A stretch of 64,000 bases of DNA from Amoeboaphelidium protococcarum X5 (lineage: Eukaryota; Fungi; Aphelidiomycota), in the NCBI GenBank assembly GCA_023515725.1, contig JALDTO010000098.1:1080164-1144163 (forward strand), read 5' to 3'. A program made the position numbers and the translations under genes. Below are positions 25,705-38,398 of the stretch, one piece after another (the first letter of the stretch is position 1; each line of letters starts with the position of its first letter). The notes under the pieces are model-generated. The model was not told the origin of the DNA, did not search any database, and saw only the letters and a list, made by a program, of their open reading frames with translations.

Positions 25705-27882
25705 TCAGCCATAGTTGAGTTCAACGTCTTGCTACTAAGTACCGCCCACTGTAGGCTATACACTGTCCAGGTCGCGATAACTTCTCAACTGGCGACCACC
25801 TCTGCGACCGCGAGACCCGCCTCTTCCACCTGATGCAGTTGAAGAACTTTAACCATCACGTCCACCTCTTCCTCCATATCCAGATGAACTATTTCCACGG
25901 GATCTGCCGCCGCGTCCGCGACCACGTCCACCGTACGGATTATGTCTCGCTCCAGCGCCACTCCCATGATATCCTTGCTGATACTACTGTTAATGGTATG
26001 GCTATCTAGCAACTTGATGAGGTAGAGGCACGCCATATTAGTCTCGATCGGCGGTGGCGAAACTTTCCAATCTACCAAAGACGGTCTGCTGGAGATCCTG
26101 TGAAGTAAACTGCGGCATATTGTAGTCCGTATACTAAGGATAACCTTAATAATACTACTGCTGCTGCTACTGTAACTGGTACTGCTATTATTAATACGGT
26201 TACTACTAATATTGCTGCATTGACTACTGGTGCACTGATTGCTATCTATTCTTATGAGCGGCTCTTCCTTTGGATTACTAAATGTCAGATGCAATCCACT
26301 TGAGAGCATCACACATGTACATTGTCCAAATTTTAATCAATTACTAATACTACTCGATGACATCCTAGTGTTTATTATTCAAATGCTTCTCCACAAACTC
26401 ATTTCCTTTAAACATCTTGCCACACACGGAACATCTAAACTTGCTAGCCTCAACCTTGACAGTCTTAAATCGCAGATAGTCCTATAGCAGATCCTTTACC
26501 TACTCTTCAGATGGTCCTTACAGATTACCAGCCATCTACAGCTTCTTCTCTAATGCTGCCACTTTCAATTTCCACCTATCTTTCTACCTGCCACCCTAAT
26601 ACTACACTCGAAAATATCCTTCACCAAATCTGAGCAGCTACTCCTACACGCTACTTACACTGCAAGCACCAGCATAATACTCTACCAAAAAGACTTTTCT
26701 CAGAGTTGTTATCAAGAGATCTAGCAGAAACTTTAATTGGTTCTACTCCAATGATTGCAGTACTTCAAGGGATATATTCTCTAATTAAGCTTTTGCCAAC
26801 AATACAGATAGTAAATTGTCAACCGGGACGTTATTCTATAGACACTGCAAGCGGAGTAATTCCAATGCAACTTCAATATCCTTCCTCAGACGGTCAGCAT
26901 CATTCGCCGAATAATCAATATAATACTTGTACTAGGAATACTTGCGGTAATTGAATGGATACATCCTCAACTCGTAATCCATCTACTAACCACCAACATT
27001 ATCAGAGCTTTGAGAGTCACCCAGTACAAAGCCTTGAAAAAGATTAGCTTCATTCAATGTGGTATCGACGACATTGAGCAGAGAACCATTGAATTGGTTA
27101 CAAAATGCACGCGCATCCGCACCACTCTTCAGTACGACAAACGCACAGCGATGAAATGCTTTAAAAGGACTAGCGTTGCCCATAATTAACTGCTCAAAGT
27201 CTGGTGACGATGAAAATACATTCACCAGCTACTGATATCCGATATTAGGATGAACCGAGCCGAGCATTACCGTAGGTGGGTACTCTAAAAAAATGGACTA
27301 TTGATCACCAGCTTGCTATTTCTCTCCTTATTACAAATCTTACTCATCCGCATTCTTATCATCAGCAGTGGCAGCAGTATGATCAACATTGCCCATTTCT
27401 TTCTCTTCACCAATCTGCTCATTTTCATCCAGGACGCCTTCATTAGCATCACCGTCACCATCTTCCCCGTCTCCTTTAGTCTAAGCAACAGCCTATTCAG
27501 ACGCACTTCTGCTCAAAGACGCGTCAAAGGAGACATTATCGTATTTACCAGCATTTAAATCCAGAAGAAATTAATCCAAATTAGATTTAATAGTCAACGC
27601 ATGCTATTCCCTCCTCTAAACATACTGATCGTCTAAAGAATATAATTCTTTAAACCATTCAGTTTATCCCTGAGACTAATAAAACAATTTCATTGAATTC
27701 TACGCATAATTAGTCTTGTACTCATCATAGTATTTAGCGAGTAGATCAGTGTCATTATTAGCACCGGGAGGAGCCCATTGCAGAAACTGAGTGAACACAA
27801 TCGGAGTATCAGACTTGTACAATCTGCCACTGCTCACATACTATTGCAGAAGAGCTTCTGAATTCCCAGACGCCTACTACAT
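25705..27882 (-). CDS. SRRT: ARS2/SERRATE RNA effector (~725 aa)
   Basis: EWFKELY, RRM-like core, C2H2 finger KFRCSVCGKMFKGNEFVEKHLNNKH, Q- and RG-rich tail ending RSYRDLD...LNYG. Start codon approximate. Confidence 0.85.
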
Positions 27883-28306
27883 TATGGACAGAGACTATGG
27901 TCCTTGATGTTTTAAAGTGTATTTCAGTCGACGAGACCTTCTCTCTCGCTTTGAAGAGAGAAAGAATAGGTCGAAAAGCGTTAAGCAATTCTCTGCCGAG
28001 CTTCGTGTAAACTCTTTCACTGACAGAAGACCAAACGCACGCACTACAATGACTCGCGCGAGGTTGATTAGCGAAACTGCGACTCGGCACTGTTTTAAGT
28101 GGACGCTCAAAGGCCCTCTCTCTCTCTTTGTTGATAAATGACGCGTCTTGAATACTGTGATGTTTGAGTTCAGAGAACAAGATACTTTTAAAGCACTGAC
28201 CCATGATTAAAAGCGAATTAGATCAACGCGGAACGTAGATGAATAGCCAAAAGAATAGTATTTAGTATATGGAGAATGTAAGTTTATTTTAAGGTAGATG
28301 AAAGAC

Positions 28307-28642
28307 TCAGAACAATCCACCGAAGCCCATGTCATCATCAGACTCCTCCTCCTCTTCCTTCTTCTCCTCCTTCTTCTCTTCAGCAGCAGCACCAGAGTCA
28401 CCAGAAGCACCACCGGCAGCAGCTGGAGCAGCGACAGCAGAAGCGGATCCAATGTTACCGATCAGATCGTTAATGTCCTTACCCTTCAGAGCCTTGGCGA
28501 AGATGGTTGGCCAGATGGACTCAACATCCAAACCTGCAGCGCTGATCAACTTGGACAGCTTATCAGCACTAACCTCCTGACCCTCATCAGCCAGAATCAA
28601 AGCGGCATAAACACAAGCCTTCTCGTTAATTTCAGTAGACAT
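28307..28642 (-). CDS. RPLP1: 60S acidic ribosomal protein P1
   Basis: [20 protein letters not shown], Ala-rich hinge, [14 protein letters not shown]; TGA stop. Confidence 0.97.
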   Translation of the reverse strand: MSTEINEKACVYAALILADEGQEVSADKLSKLISAAGLDVESIWPTIFAKALKGKDINDLIGNIGSASAVAAPAAAGGASGDSGAAAEEKKEEKKEEEEESDDDMGFGGLF

Positions 28643-28992
28643 TTTATTATTATAAAAATTATTATTAAAGATATAAATTTACTATTCGCGCGATTTAGTC
28701 CTCTTTAAGCGGAAGCAAAATAGTTTACTGTTAAAATTAAAGAATCTGCTGGTTGGAGGATCAGTTCCCGAAAAGTTTTACGCGCGCCGCGATCACATTT
28801 CGGTCAGTTTAAGGTTGTCATTGGCACTCAACGTGTCTCCATTTACAGCTTAGATCAAGCGGTTAGTTTCAGCATTAAGACAAGAATAATGTGCAAAAGA
28901 AAGAGTAAAAATACGCGTTGTGAATAACTCAATTTATAATACCACAATATTTTCTCAAAAATAATCACAAATATGCCATAAACAGAAAGGTA

Positions 28993-30927
28993 TCACTGAC
29001 AAGACTGTGGAAGGCCGATTAGCAAATTATCAAAGTCAGATCCCAGACCGCTCCATCTGCGCATAGATCTCACGATTGCTGGATCACGATGTACTCTTGT
29101 ATAGACACCTTCTACCCACGCTCCTTATTCGTTCTTCACGGTATATCCGCATACATCATTTCTGTGGGCTTTGGAATAAGGAACGCTCTTGCATTGCTGG
29201 TTTGATGGACCCGTGTAGCGACTACAATCACTATAACCATCAGGGTATCCTTGAGCTCCATTTTGCATAAATGTGTATCCACTCATCACCATCTTGATTT
29301 TCCAGTCGGCATCGTTGCGATCAAATAACTACTGCTCAAAATGTCTATGCTTCTCTACATCCTTGTCCTTCACCAAGACTGAGCCTTTATCAGCCATGTC
29401 ACGAGATGACGAACCACCATTCTACTGATCATGGTCGTCATTCTGGATGACAAAGCGAGAAGCAGGCAATATCCAACTACCGCATATTGGATGCTCCTTA
29501 GGATAGTCTGAAGACCAAATCTTGACTTGCTCAATTTCAGCATCCGATAGTCCATTTGCCTTCATTTGATCATCTAGATACTAGTAGAAATTGTAGTTAT
29601 TATACTCACAAGCAAGCAGATTTCTCTCTCCGCCCATAATAACTTCCAGCCAGGTGATGAAATCCTATGGAAAGTTGCCACCAAGTTTCTACTTAGTTTT
29701 ACCTAAGATGGCAGCCAAATCATCCGGACGTGTATGCTTTGCAGCATCAATTCGGAAACCTGAAAATCCGATACTTATCAGGTTGGTCAAATAAGTGGCA
29801 ATTCTGTCCCGCACATACTCCTTCTCCGTATTCAAATCGGTCAATCCAACTAGCCAGCCATAGTTCAAAGAGAATCCAGAGGCCCAGTCATTGAGCGTAC
29901 GTTCGCAATGGAAGTCTTCGGCATGATATGGAACAGCAGGGAACTCCAAGGCTGGTCTCATCCCAGTAAATGGATTGTTCTCATAAGTCCATGAATGCGT
30001 AAAGTATGGAGAGTCGGCACTAGAGTTCTTGGCTCCCCAATACACGCAACTTCCACCAGCCTGATTTCTATGAGTATACACATCATTTCCACCACCAGTC
30101 ATATGATTGATCACGGCATCGGCATACACTCTGACGCCAGCTCGGCGACATCTGACAATCATATCACGCAACTGAGCCTGACTTCCCAGTCTTGAATGAA
30201 GACGATAGGAGACTGGCTGGTAAGCAAAGTACCATGGATTCAATTCACCATTTTGTAGATAGTAATCGGAGATGACATGCTCTTGAGGAGGATAGATCTT
30301 GACACCCATGTATCCAGCTTTGCCTAGCATAGATTCACATTCCAGAGCGACATCTTCATATGGCCATCCAAACAGCTCAACAATAGCACCTCTCTACCCA
30401 TTTTCTGTATGCGGCGAGTGAACAGAAGGATTCTACCAGGCGAAGTATATTGGATCCAACAGCAGAGTTGCATTACTGTCCGTTCTGACAGAGATGGTCA
30501 GTCCATCTTCCGACAAGGACTAAGACTCACTACTGAATTTTCTCGTTGGATTTTAGTACCACGGATTATCGCCAAACTTGAACTCCAGCTTCACATCAGC
30601 ATTTCTGGTAAATGTGCGAACAGTAACTTTAGCTTCGCTCCTATCCGGATTATACTAAACATCAGCGTAGCCTTGCAAGTCGCCATAATCTTGCCAGCTA
30701 GGTGATGCGTATTGAGGACTCGAGCGCGGAGGAGTCTGCCACATGCGACCGCTCACCTGCGATTTGTCATATGAAGTCTAATCACCACGACAGGAATCGA
30801 GACCTTGAAAGTTACTGCAGCTCTCTGCAGCACTGAATACATCATTGTCTTGAAAGCGGATGTAACTGGAACTTACCAAAGTGAACGTCGCAGCAGAAGC
30901 AATAACAAAGAGCGGAGATAGCTTCAT
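28993..30927 (-). CDS. Secreted GH13 alpha-amylase with N-terminal extra domain (~644 aa)
   Basis: Signal peptide; GAIVELFGWPY, YQPVSY, YADAVINHM, GFRIDAAKH (nucleophile), WLEV (acid/base), NDDHD; C-terminal YTRVHRD. Confidence 0.92.
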
Positions 30928-31020
30928 ATTAAACGACTAGATTATCTGCTACAATTTCAAAAACAGAGACTTAAGAAGCGCAGAGTATAAGTAAATGCAG
31001 ATAAGCTGAAAGTTGTTATC

Positions 31021-31251
31021 GCGGATCGCGTTTGAAATGAGTCCTCGATTGCTCAAAACGATCGCGCAGTTATCTCTTTCAGTCAGTCAGCAGTGAGTCG
31101 ACAGTTTCAACGCCGCCTGCTATGGAGTTAGATGCGGGCTCACTTCTCGTGTGAAGTTTCTTATGCGGCGGAGTGAGCCTTGCCTGCACTCTTTACTAGA
31201 CGGCCTCCGTTTCACTCAGCTGTTTCTCGTATAACGTTTCAGAGGAAAACA
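31021..31251 (+). ncRNA. Putative structured RNA or structured 5' leader; long G.U-rich hairpin at 31088-31222
   Basis: Hand folding: GGCTCACTTC/GGAGTGAGCC core, extended by TCGTGTGA/TTATGCGG, GGAGT/ACTCT, GCCGCCTG/TAGACGGC, AGTGAG/TTCACT and CAGC/GCTG. Many pairs are G.U, which work only on the + strand. Confidence 0.45.
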
Positions 31252-31352
31252 TCAGTCGTTCTTTGTTGTAACTTTACTGTTTTATACATCCATAGGCGTG
31301 CTGATATCGATTAGGCATCACTTCTTTAGTAAATTTATTTAGAATCAACTTT

Positions 31353-34300
31353 ATGAGTAAGGTATTGGGTAAATTGAGTGCTGATGAAAAAGGGAGAAGA
31401 ACGAGTGTAGTAAGTGTCGATGTCAAGGCTACTCCGTCCTCTTTGGCAAAGACTACTGGTGTCCTATCAAAAACTGAGTCTGCTATCATTGGCTAGGCTA
31501 ATGCGGTTCTACAAGAAAGTATCTATTTAACTGAGACTGCTGTTTCTCAGCATAAACTTTCTCTCAGATCTGCTGCCAGGCTGGATCCGAGTGTAGACCT
31601 TGATAGATTGCAGCAGCTTACCGTCGAAACAGGGCCGACAAAAGCAGAACTGAAGGCTTAGAAACTGAGAGAAATTAAGGATCGTGTTTTGCTTGAACAT
31701 GGTGTTGTAAAGATATTTGATAGAGGTCTTGATTGTAATGAGTCTATTAAGGAGCTGAAGTTGCTGTTCTCAAATTTCAAAAATGTTCAAAAAATGCCTA
31801 TGCTATCTGTGATTCTTCTAAAGGCGAAGGAATGGTTGTCTAATGAATCGCAGGCGCAAATTGTTCAAGAGGTGTTTTCGTTTATTGAATATGTCTATGT
31901 GAGATTTCAATGTGATATTGATCCCCTAAGTAATGTGTCTGTTCTGGGGTTTGCCTGTCAATTGCTGTCTGGTAATAAATCTGCTTCTGAAGACGCTGTC
32001 ATTGATCTGCTGGAAACTATTATGCCATCGCTATGCAAGCAGTCTTCATAAGATTCTCTACTGCTGAAGAACGTTATTAATATCCTTGTTGACACTCGTT
32101 ATCGTCTGAGAAATTCGAGTACTGTACTGTTCAAGATTTAGTCACTCTTAGCCATGCTGCAGGATATTGGCGTGTAAAATGTATCATCTAGTAAGAGATC
32201 GTCTCATGTGGATCAGATTTAGATTTCTGCATCATTTGACAATTGTATGCCGCAATTACTTAAAAGTTCTAATCCTGTTTGCAGATATGGGATGATAAAG
32301 TTTTTAAGTCAAGACATATCTGTGAATAGCGCTATTGAGATGTCGTTTGATTCTAAAAGGTAAATTGATTTAACTATCTTACTCTAGGACATATGCTTGT
32401 TACTGTCCGATAAACAAGTGAAGACACAGTATGCATTAGCTGCTAATATTCTACGCTTCCCGCCTTAGACTAATTTAGGTCGGATGATTCTAACTATTGT
32501 CTCTAACAAGGTGTCTATTCAGTCTATAGCCTCTCTGTTGCCAGAGCTCAAGTAGGCTCTATGTAGTGTGATTTTGAATCTATTTCTTTTTGGAGATTAC
32601 TTTCAGGCAGGTAGAGAGGGAGCGTCAGATCCAGATGTTTTGAATGACAACCTGTCTCCTCCTATTAAAGAAGATACCAAGTCTGATAAGAACACAGCTC
32701 CCACCATTGACCGCAAGATTCATTCTTTGATGCCTTAAGTGGACGCTACCACCTTGTGTGATATTCTCAATTTTGCACAAGATTTTATGGCTGATAGCTT
32801 AGTCGCCGCCATTATGGCTGATGAGTTTTGTAAGTTTTGCATCACTGAGAGCTCGTGTTATAAAGTCACATTTGCGTTTAAGCGTTTGATTTTGGATGGA
32901 GAGATTCCTTCTCGATAGTTTATTGATGCCACTCTGCCCACTTACTTGCAGAAGATGGCTGATAACGGCATCAATGCCATGTCAAATTAAGAGTTGGAAC
33001 ACATCAAGTACCTACTGTATGCCATTCACATCAATTTTGAATAGTCGCTCTATTATCCCTTCATTAATCTTTTGAGTGCGTCTGATTATCTTGAAGTGGC
33101 GGGTAATGTCAAACTTGTCAGTTTCCTTGATGAAGTTCTTGGTGAAGTGAAGCTATGGTTTGGATTAGACGGTTGGTTTTTAGAGGGAAGTTAGGTAAGT
33201 ATGAAGTCTGACACATCTGAAGCTGGCTCCAAGTCAAAGGCAGACAAGAGCTTGACGGTCCCTAAAATTCCGCAATTGCTACGTGCCAAGGCTAAGGAGT
33301 AATATGTGGAGCTGATGAGTCTAATACTGCTTGGTGCTGAGGCTGATTGCAAAACCTCATCGAATATCACTTTGGGGAGATTTGCTCTGTATTTGGAATT
33401 GATATCCGTCATGCGTCAAATCAGATTGGCTCTCAAGTAGAAGGGTATTATTGCTGAAGTTAGAGAAGCTATAAAGTCTACTTTAATGGATATTGAATTG
33501 AGAGTCTATGCTTATTTGAAGATAGTTGAAACTTCTGGGTGTGAACTTTGTCCAGATTTGAAGTGCATGTTGTCAAAGTTTTTAGTGGAGGTAAGTCAAA
33601 TTAAAGACCATTATAGTCGCTCCTAGTGGATTCCATTTATTGTAAAGTGGGTACTGATGCATTTTTAAGGACTGCATAAGCTCAGCTTCAATAGATTTGA
33701 GAATGTGGATGGCGACGCGCAGAATTTGTTAAATCTTGCACTCTAGTTGCATGGAGCTTTTGTCCGTTACATGATGAAATACCAAAAAACTTCAGACATC
33801 TCCGCGCTGTAGACTCGAATTGATATTCTGTTTCCCTATCCCCCCGATGTGGCTGTTCCATTCACATTTATCGATACTGATCTGCTGTAGGTCTTGACTA
33901 CACTGTTGGCCTCTCAGTTGTTATTTATTGAAACGCCAGAGATTGTTGTCTTAATGCCAGAGGTCTGGCAAATGTTGCCTAATGCAACTGGAGATTTACT
34001 GAATAAACTTGTTTTGCTCTTTATGTATTTTGCGGATAATGCTCCTGCTCAAGTAAAGCAGATGGTTTACTCTCAGCTGTATCACAATAATCCTGAGATT
34101 AGAAAGAATGCGCTTGCATGTGTTGGACGTCTGTTCAACCATAGAGACTATATTTAGTATCAGAGTATCAACGATAAGAATTTTATGAGAATTTCTTCGA
34201 AGCGAACTGTCAAGTCTGGTATTCGTAACATTGCTGATACATTTAAGGTGCCAACATTAAATTTGCCGTTTGTGATTTCAGAGCACGGAGAAGATGGTAG

Positions 34301-36671
34301 TTTACTGGTTAACGAATCCGAATGGGTGTCTCTGTTTTAGAGGGCTATTAGTCAACGAAATGCGCAGTCATTCATCGACTTTAAGAAGGAGAAAGATCTG
34401 AGTGCAATGCATCACACTGTGAGAGAATGGGTAAAGTTGAACTAGGAATCGATGAATGATGATAAAGAGAAGAGAATTGAGACAAAGCTTACCATGTAGC
34501 CTACCACTGCTGTTGCTGACCGTGGAAAGCTGGGCTCCATGCGCTAGAAAAGATTTGGAGCTCTGTTTCCGATGGCCCTGAATTTAATCAGTTTTGCTAT
34601 CGTTGATTTGACGTTGGATCACGATGTTGTTGTGTAATAGTCTGCTTATGAGTTTTTGCACAAAATGATCAGAGATGACCCTGGTACGTTCTTGCGTATG
34701 TATTTCAGTGAAATGATCGCGTCTCCTCCATAAAAGTAGCTGGAGTTGTTGTCTCGTTTAAAGCGCATTGTATTTCATAGAAAGAAGCTGTCTTATGGTT
34801 TTGCGTACTTGCTTCTAAACTTTTGCATTGGATATTGCCAGTATCTAATTTAGAAGCATCGTGTCACCCATTATGAAGTTATTGCCGGTCTGTTACCTAT
34901 TATGTCTCATATTTACACCTCCGTGAAAGGACTGACTTTTGCCGATTTGAAAAGAATGAAACTTGATCTGGTGTTCACTCCATCCATGGACTTTTGGTAT
35001 GGTGAGAAATAGATTGAGTTTTATTCGGCAGAGTTTGAGTAGAAATTACCTAAAGATAAGATTACCAATTTGTCCCTGTGCGCACATCGTCTGCAGACTT
35101 TAAGATTGGCTCAGTACATGCTTACGATCAACATTTTGAATAAGTATCCATCTGAGTCTGATCGCGTACATAACTACTTCTTAGCCGAGTTCAATGGCAA
35201 GTAATCTTTTGGTTAGACTATCACGAGATCTTAGTCTAAGCAGGCAAATCTTGATCAGTTTGCGTTCCAATAGTCGGTCAAGGATGTTTCTTGGATCATT
35301 AGAACAGTTTTATTTGAGAATGTCCCCGTCAAATTGCCTCATGATTCTACACAGAGATTGACTGCTAATATTAATCGTAAAGTGTGGTTGAATTTACTTG
35401 AGGTTTTGTATTTGGATATCGATCAGGCAATTGTTGGTAGCAAGTACTTGACTTAGCTGATGAGTCATGTAAGCGCACTGTTGTTTATGTATTCGTATGA
35501 TTACGAGCTGGTTAAAAATTGTCTCAACTTTTACGCACTGGTAGTGACCAAGTTTGTTGGTAAGTTCGCCAAAAATGGTTACAACACATTAATTAAAGAA
35601 CTGTTCTTATACTGTGTGCTCAAACACGCTCATGCACGTAATGATGGCTCTGAGATTCAGAAAGACATTTACTTGACTTGGAACACCATGTTTGCCATCC
35701 ATAGAGAGTCATTTGTGATGCAATGCATTAACGCTCTTGTCCCGATGATCAATGATTGGAAAGAGATTTATCAAGTCACAAAGAATAATTTGATCTCTAC
35801 TTTTAATTGGCTGTTCTCTTCACTGAATGCGCGCAATGGAAATATTCTTGTTGAAGGATTTGAGGAGTCTCTCTCCAGCACGTCTTAGTACTATGCGTTT
35901 GATTCTGAGGAGATGATTAAATTACTGATGACATTGATTTCCAAAAATTTGGATTCTGCTCGCTCCTATGAGCTGTTGTAATTTATACAGTCGTATTCTC
36001 TTGCCACTGCTTAGGAGCAAGGCCAATAGAATCTGCTATCTCATTTCACGTTCGCCTACGTCACGATGTTGGAAGTGTTTGCAAAATCTGGTGGAGCTGA
36101 TAGTTTTCTGATCGGAGTCACAAAGTAGTTGTTGAAAACCTCTTTTGATAATGATAACACTGCTATTATTTCTTATATTATATGCCGAGTGAAATTGATT
36201 GAGAGTTTTGGCCTATTTCTGCTGTAATTGAGTCCGATTCAAATGGCCCTAGTGAAAACTTACGTCTCGTCCAAATGTATTAATGACGCTGTGAAAATTG
36301 CATTTGGTGTATGTAGAGTGGCCTATCTCAACAAGTACACTGGATTGAATGATTCTTTCATCGCCACTCTTGTCGATGGTGTTAGTCAGGTGTGTGGGGT
36401 CCTGGCTCCTATCCAGTCTCGTTATGTAATTGAGGTGATTCTTCAAAAGTCCTTCCTGTTGATTCGCGACTATGACAAGCTGTTGGACTTTAAAACCTTG
36501 TGGAAATCGCTGGTCTCAATGGTTCTTGATGCGCGTGATTCTAAACAGTACTGGCCAATGTTTAAGTAGAAGAACATCAAGCCTCTGTTTGATATTTATC
36601 TTGACTCCAAAAGTGTGCCGGAGCAAGTACTCGAGATTTTTCGTGGGTTTGAACAGGATTATTAGATTTGA
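31353..36671 (+). CDS. UNC80: UNC80-like HEAT/ARM protein (NALCN channel-complex subunit homologue), ~1772 aa
   Basis: Single frame. Ordered blocks PEVWQML...LYHNNPEIRKNAL, FKVPTLNLPF, LFPMAL...MIRDDPGTFLR, VKGLTFADLK, FAKNGYNTLI...MFAIHRESFVMQ match my recollection of the UNC80 C-terminal region. Confidence 0.75.
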
Positions 36672-36711
36672 AGTGGGATTATGAAGTTGTTGTAATTAAG
36701 TTGATGTTTTA

Positions 36712-36734
36712 TATGACTATGACTATGACTATGA
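36712..36734. repeat. Short (TATGAC)n tandem repeat just after the UNC80-like stop
   Basis: tatgac-tatgac-tatgac-tatga. Confidence 0.7.
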
Positions 36735-37132
36735 ATGTTGGATTTTGGTTTACCGAGTATATATCGCCCAAAGATTTAATGTTTTGATGTTTTATCATCA
36801 TCATCAGCATTGGCAATGTAATGTCAGGTTACTACCTGCCTAAAGCTTTCCGGAACTGCCTTTGTAAACTTTTGGTCGCGTGTGAATCAATCGATTCTCT
36901 CCGTTCTCTCAGCCGTTGCTCTGTCTTTCTTACTCTCTTTTTCGTTACCTGATCCATCTGAAGTACAAAACTGTAGTTTAAATTTAACGTTTGTATTATA
37001 TTATACTTCTAGAAGGCCTGGTTTGATTGGATTTATTCTTTAGAGACTCTCTTGTAATTGAAAGAATTTAGATCTCAATTTTATTAAAGCAAACACATCT
37101 TATCTGTTGAATTTTTGTTGAAAGGGAAGGGA

Positions 37133-38398
37133 ATGGTGACGCAGTAATCAATACTGCATGATGATCAAGTAAAGAATCTATTAGCAGGAGCTCTATCAGG
37201 ATGTATAACCGCTATTGTGACATGTCCACTCGATGTGCTCAAGACTCGATTGCAGAATTAGGGAGCTCTGAGGGACACTCAATACAGTGGAATTATACCA
37301 TCGCTGCGACTCATCTGGCGAGAAGAGGGTGTCAGAGGACTGTATAGAGGATTGAGTCCAACGATTCTTGGATATCTGCCAACGTGGACTGTGTACTTTT
37401 GGTCTTATGACAGGTACAAGTTGTATATTGCCGAGTATATGTAAGCTTCTGCTCAAGACTCGCGAGTGCACATACTCGGCGCAATACTCGCAGGTACCAC
37501 CTCAAACATTGTAACTAATCCGCTCTGGTTAGTTAAGACTCGTATGATGACATTTCATCAGTATAAGCAGTTGAATGGTGACTCGTAATACTATAGAAAC
37601 ACGTTCGATGCTTTTCGACAGATTTATGCCACAGATGGGCTATTGGGATTCTACCGCGGACTTGTACCATCTCTGTTTGGCGTGGCTCATGTTGCTGTCC
37701 AATTTCCTTTGTATGAGCGCCTGAAAGCTGATAGATTCGCTGATCGTTTAATGTACACTGATCGCGCGGTATCCTTGATGAATGATCCCTCCCAAGTGTA
37801 GATATTCTTCTCATCCACCATATCGAAGGCAATCGCTTCCATGACCACATATCCTCATGAAGTTCTCCGCACTCGCCTACAATCTTCAAATTAGAATTGT
37901 CAACACAGTCAGCATGTGAGACTACTACCTCTAATGAAGATGATTTATATGCAGGACGGCGTGTCTGGGTTCTATCGCGGAATGGGCACCAATTTAGTGC
38001 GGACTGTACCTGCTAGTGCTGTAACTCTATTGACTTATGAATACATCATGAAGTTTCTTCGGCAATACTAAAATACGTAACAATAGGAATAACAATAATA
38101 ATAAAAGTAGATTTAAAGAGTATACATATTCATTTATTTCAAGTGTCATAACGCTATTCTAACAATACTATCCGTAATCAATGAGTCAAATACCAACCAA
38201 TTGAAGTTATTGCTACAACTTGGACTAGTCAAGAGACAATTTGCGAGTAATCTAATCGTAATTGTTAATCCATTGTTGTAGGAGAAGGGACACGCAACGA
38301 GACAATTCCATCTCGAGGCCAACATTACCATCACATCGAACAAGATTAGGTGCAAATACAATAGACAGATTGGATGCATTCATCTTGGTCTGCTCTGA
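37133..38398 (+). CDS. Mitochondrial carrier, NAD+/folate transporter type (NDT1/YIA6/SLC25A32-like); 3' end uncertain
   Basis: Three carrier repeats: [33 protein letters not shown]; [13 protein letters not shown]. Homology ends near 38065; the first in-frame TGA is at 38396-38398. Confidence 0.85.

Noticed and set aside
25705-27882. Functional link between ARS2/SERRATE and the nearby hairpins
   Set aside because: Only proximity supports it; the gene order here is an unrelated housekeeping mix.
31190-31250. U5 snRNA-like words (CTTTACTAGA...TCCGT...AGAGGAAAAC)
   Set aside because: The invariant loop GCCTTTTAC and a clear Sm site are absent.
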